29,814 bases of DNA, taken from the NCBI GenBank assembly GCA_040380025.1, contig JBEIJY010000029.1, positions 1-29,814 of the forward strand, written 5' to 3'. Of this stretch, positions 28,552 to 29,814 are shown piece after piece (the stretch's first letter is position 1; every line of letters starts with the position of its first letter). Source of the stretch: Bdellovibrionales bacterium. Lineage in GTDB: Bacteria; Bdellovibrionota; UBA1018; CAIMNF01. A program made the translations under genes and the position numbers. Under the pieces are notes generated by a model. That model was not told where the DNA came from. It was given only the letters and a program-made list of their open reading frames with translations, and did not search any database.

Positions 28552-29795
28552 TCCTCCGCTCCGCCCAGAAGCCCGGAGCAAGAATTCTGACTTTTTGCCC
28601 TTAATTCATCGCGAAGAGAATGAAGCACCCAGCCGCTGCCTTCGAGCTCCCGCGCCAGCTCCGGGGCGAATCCGCCCGCATTCATGTACTCGAAGCGGAT
28701 TTTGAGGCCTGCGCCCTCAAGAAAACTCTTCAGTTGCTCTTTGAACTCCACCTGACGGGCCAGAGAGTTTCGATTGTTCGGCTCATGCATCGCGCTTTGA
28801 TCAAGGGGCTTGCCGATCATCTTGGTCACTCCGATGATCAATGCGTCTTCTTCGCGGCGAATGAGATTCATCTCTTCGCTCATCATGCGCAAGCGGATCA
28901 CCTTCAACCGCTCCTCGAGCGAAATATTCGATGCGATGTTCTCGACCGGGGCGCGGAACAGCAAAGGGAATTGCCCTTGAAGACGCAGGAGCTCGTCGGG
29001 GGATTCGAGGATTTTTTTCTCGATGGGCTTCCAGAGAGTCTCGAACGGAACACGAAACTCGGGGATATCGTGGATTCTCGCGCCGACATGAATCGCACCG
29101 GGCAGGGCCGCCGCGAGGTAGAGGTCGCCTGTGACTCCGATCACGCGGGCTTCGATTTTTTTCGAGATATCGATGATTTTTGCGAGACGATCCGAATCGG
29201 AGTTCAAACGAAGCTCGGAAAGCGGCTCCAACGCATACCCTTGCAAGTCGCCAAAGCGGGTGGACAGCTCCGAGAGAACCGAATTGAGATACTCCCGGGT
29301 ACTTTGCCCCAACGAGGGATGATCACGGGCAAGCAGAGCTTCGAATTCGCCAAACAAAAGAGCGACTGCATGGTTCCGGTTCCGCGCAAACTCCGAGACC
29401 CTCCAGAGCGAGAGCTCCCAGTTGCGCTTTTCGTGCGCCTGCACAAAGCGCTCAAGCGCCCCGTTCACAAGGCGCAGGTCCATCAGAAGGAATGCGAGCT
29501 GGTTTTCTTTGGCGGCGGGAGAGCCCTCTGCGACCGCAACCGGAGGAAGAAGCATGTGCTGGAAGGACGCGTAGCGGTACCGTTGCAGGTACTCGGGAAT
29601 GAACCCCCGCGAGGCGATCCGGGAGCGAGGCACGGCGATTCCGGGGTCATCGAATTTCATCGATTGTTGCTCGTATTGAACGATCGGACTTTCTTCGGGA
29701 CCGCTTTGGGCGCGGGCAGGTTCGACAGAAAACGCCCCGCTCAAAAAGCCCAAAAATACTGCAAGATTGACCGCAAACCTGAAATCCCAAAACAC
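28548..29795 (-). CDS. Secreted paralogue D, predicted catalytically inactive
   Basis: Signal peptide (..PARA|Q); same blocks but GVTGD, EEMNL and IGVTK at the catalytic positions; ends SCSGLLGGAEE; GTG start with an in-frame stop just upstream. Confidence 0.68.
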   Translation of the reverse strand: MFWDFRFAVNLAVFLGFLSGAFSVEPARAQSGPEESPIVQYEQQSMKFDDPGIAVPRSRIASRGFIPEYLQRYRYASFQHMLLPPVAVAEGSPAAKENQLAFLLMDLRLVNGALERFVQAHEKRNWELSLWRVSEFARNRNHAVALLFGEFEALLARDHPSLGQSTREYLNSVLSELSTRFGDLQGYALEPLSELRLNSDSDRLAKIIDISKKIEARVIGVTGDLYLAAALPGAIHVGARIHDIPEFRVPFETLWKPIEKKILESPDELLRLQGQFPLLFRAPVENIASNISLEERLKVIRLRMMSEEMNLIRREEDALIIGVTKMIGKPLDQSAMHEPNNRNSLARQVEFKEQLKSFLEGAGLKIRFEYMNAGGFAPELARELEGSGWVLHSLRDELRAKSQNSCSGLLGGAEE

Positions 29796-29814
29796 AACGG
29801 TCGGTTATTAACAC

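Noticed and set aside
24699..29795. Array as a restriction-modification or classical toxin-immunity locus
   Set aside because: No methyltransferase or small immunity ORFs between the genes, and all four have signal peptides.

Overview
Bacterial chromosomal window, GC-rich, probably from a Bdellovibrionota/deltaproteobacterial-like organism (inferred from gene content and protein style, not tested). About 20 kb (4567-24309, minus strand) is the ribosomal super-operon: rpsL-rpsG-fusA, then the S10 block, the spc block with secY-adk-map-infA-rpmJ, and the alpha block rpsM-rpsK-rpsD-rpoA-rplQ. There is no tuf after fusA and no rpoBC before rpsL. The left flank holds tRNA-Pro(CGG), a sigma-54 enhancer-binding protein, a TlpA-like thioredoxin, an HNH nuclease, an unknown membrane protein, and two ~185-nt Y-shaped long inverted-repeat elements. 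The right flank, after tRNA-Thr(CGT), is the best candidate for an undescribed system: four tandem, diverged ~400-aa paralogues. Each has a Sec signal peptide, a PD-(D/E)xK (Mrr/YraN-like) nuclease motif set and a conserved C-terminal CxxLL tail. One copy has lost its catalytic acidic residues and is translationally coupled to an intact copy. Also notable, the str-operon EF-G has degenerate domain IV loops and is cut off from rpsL-rpsG by a terminator followed by an apparent leaderless promoter.
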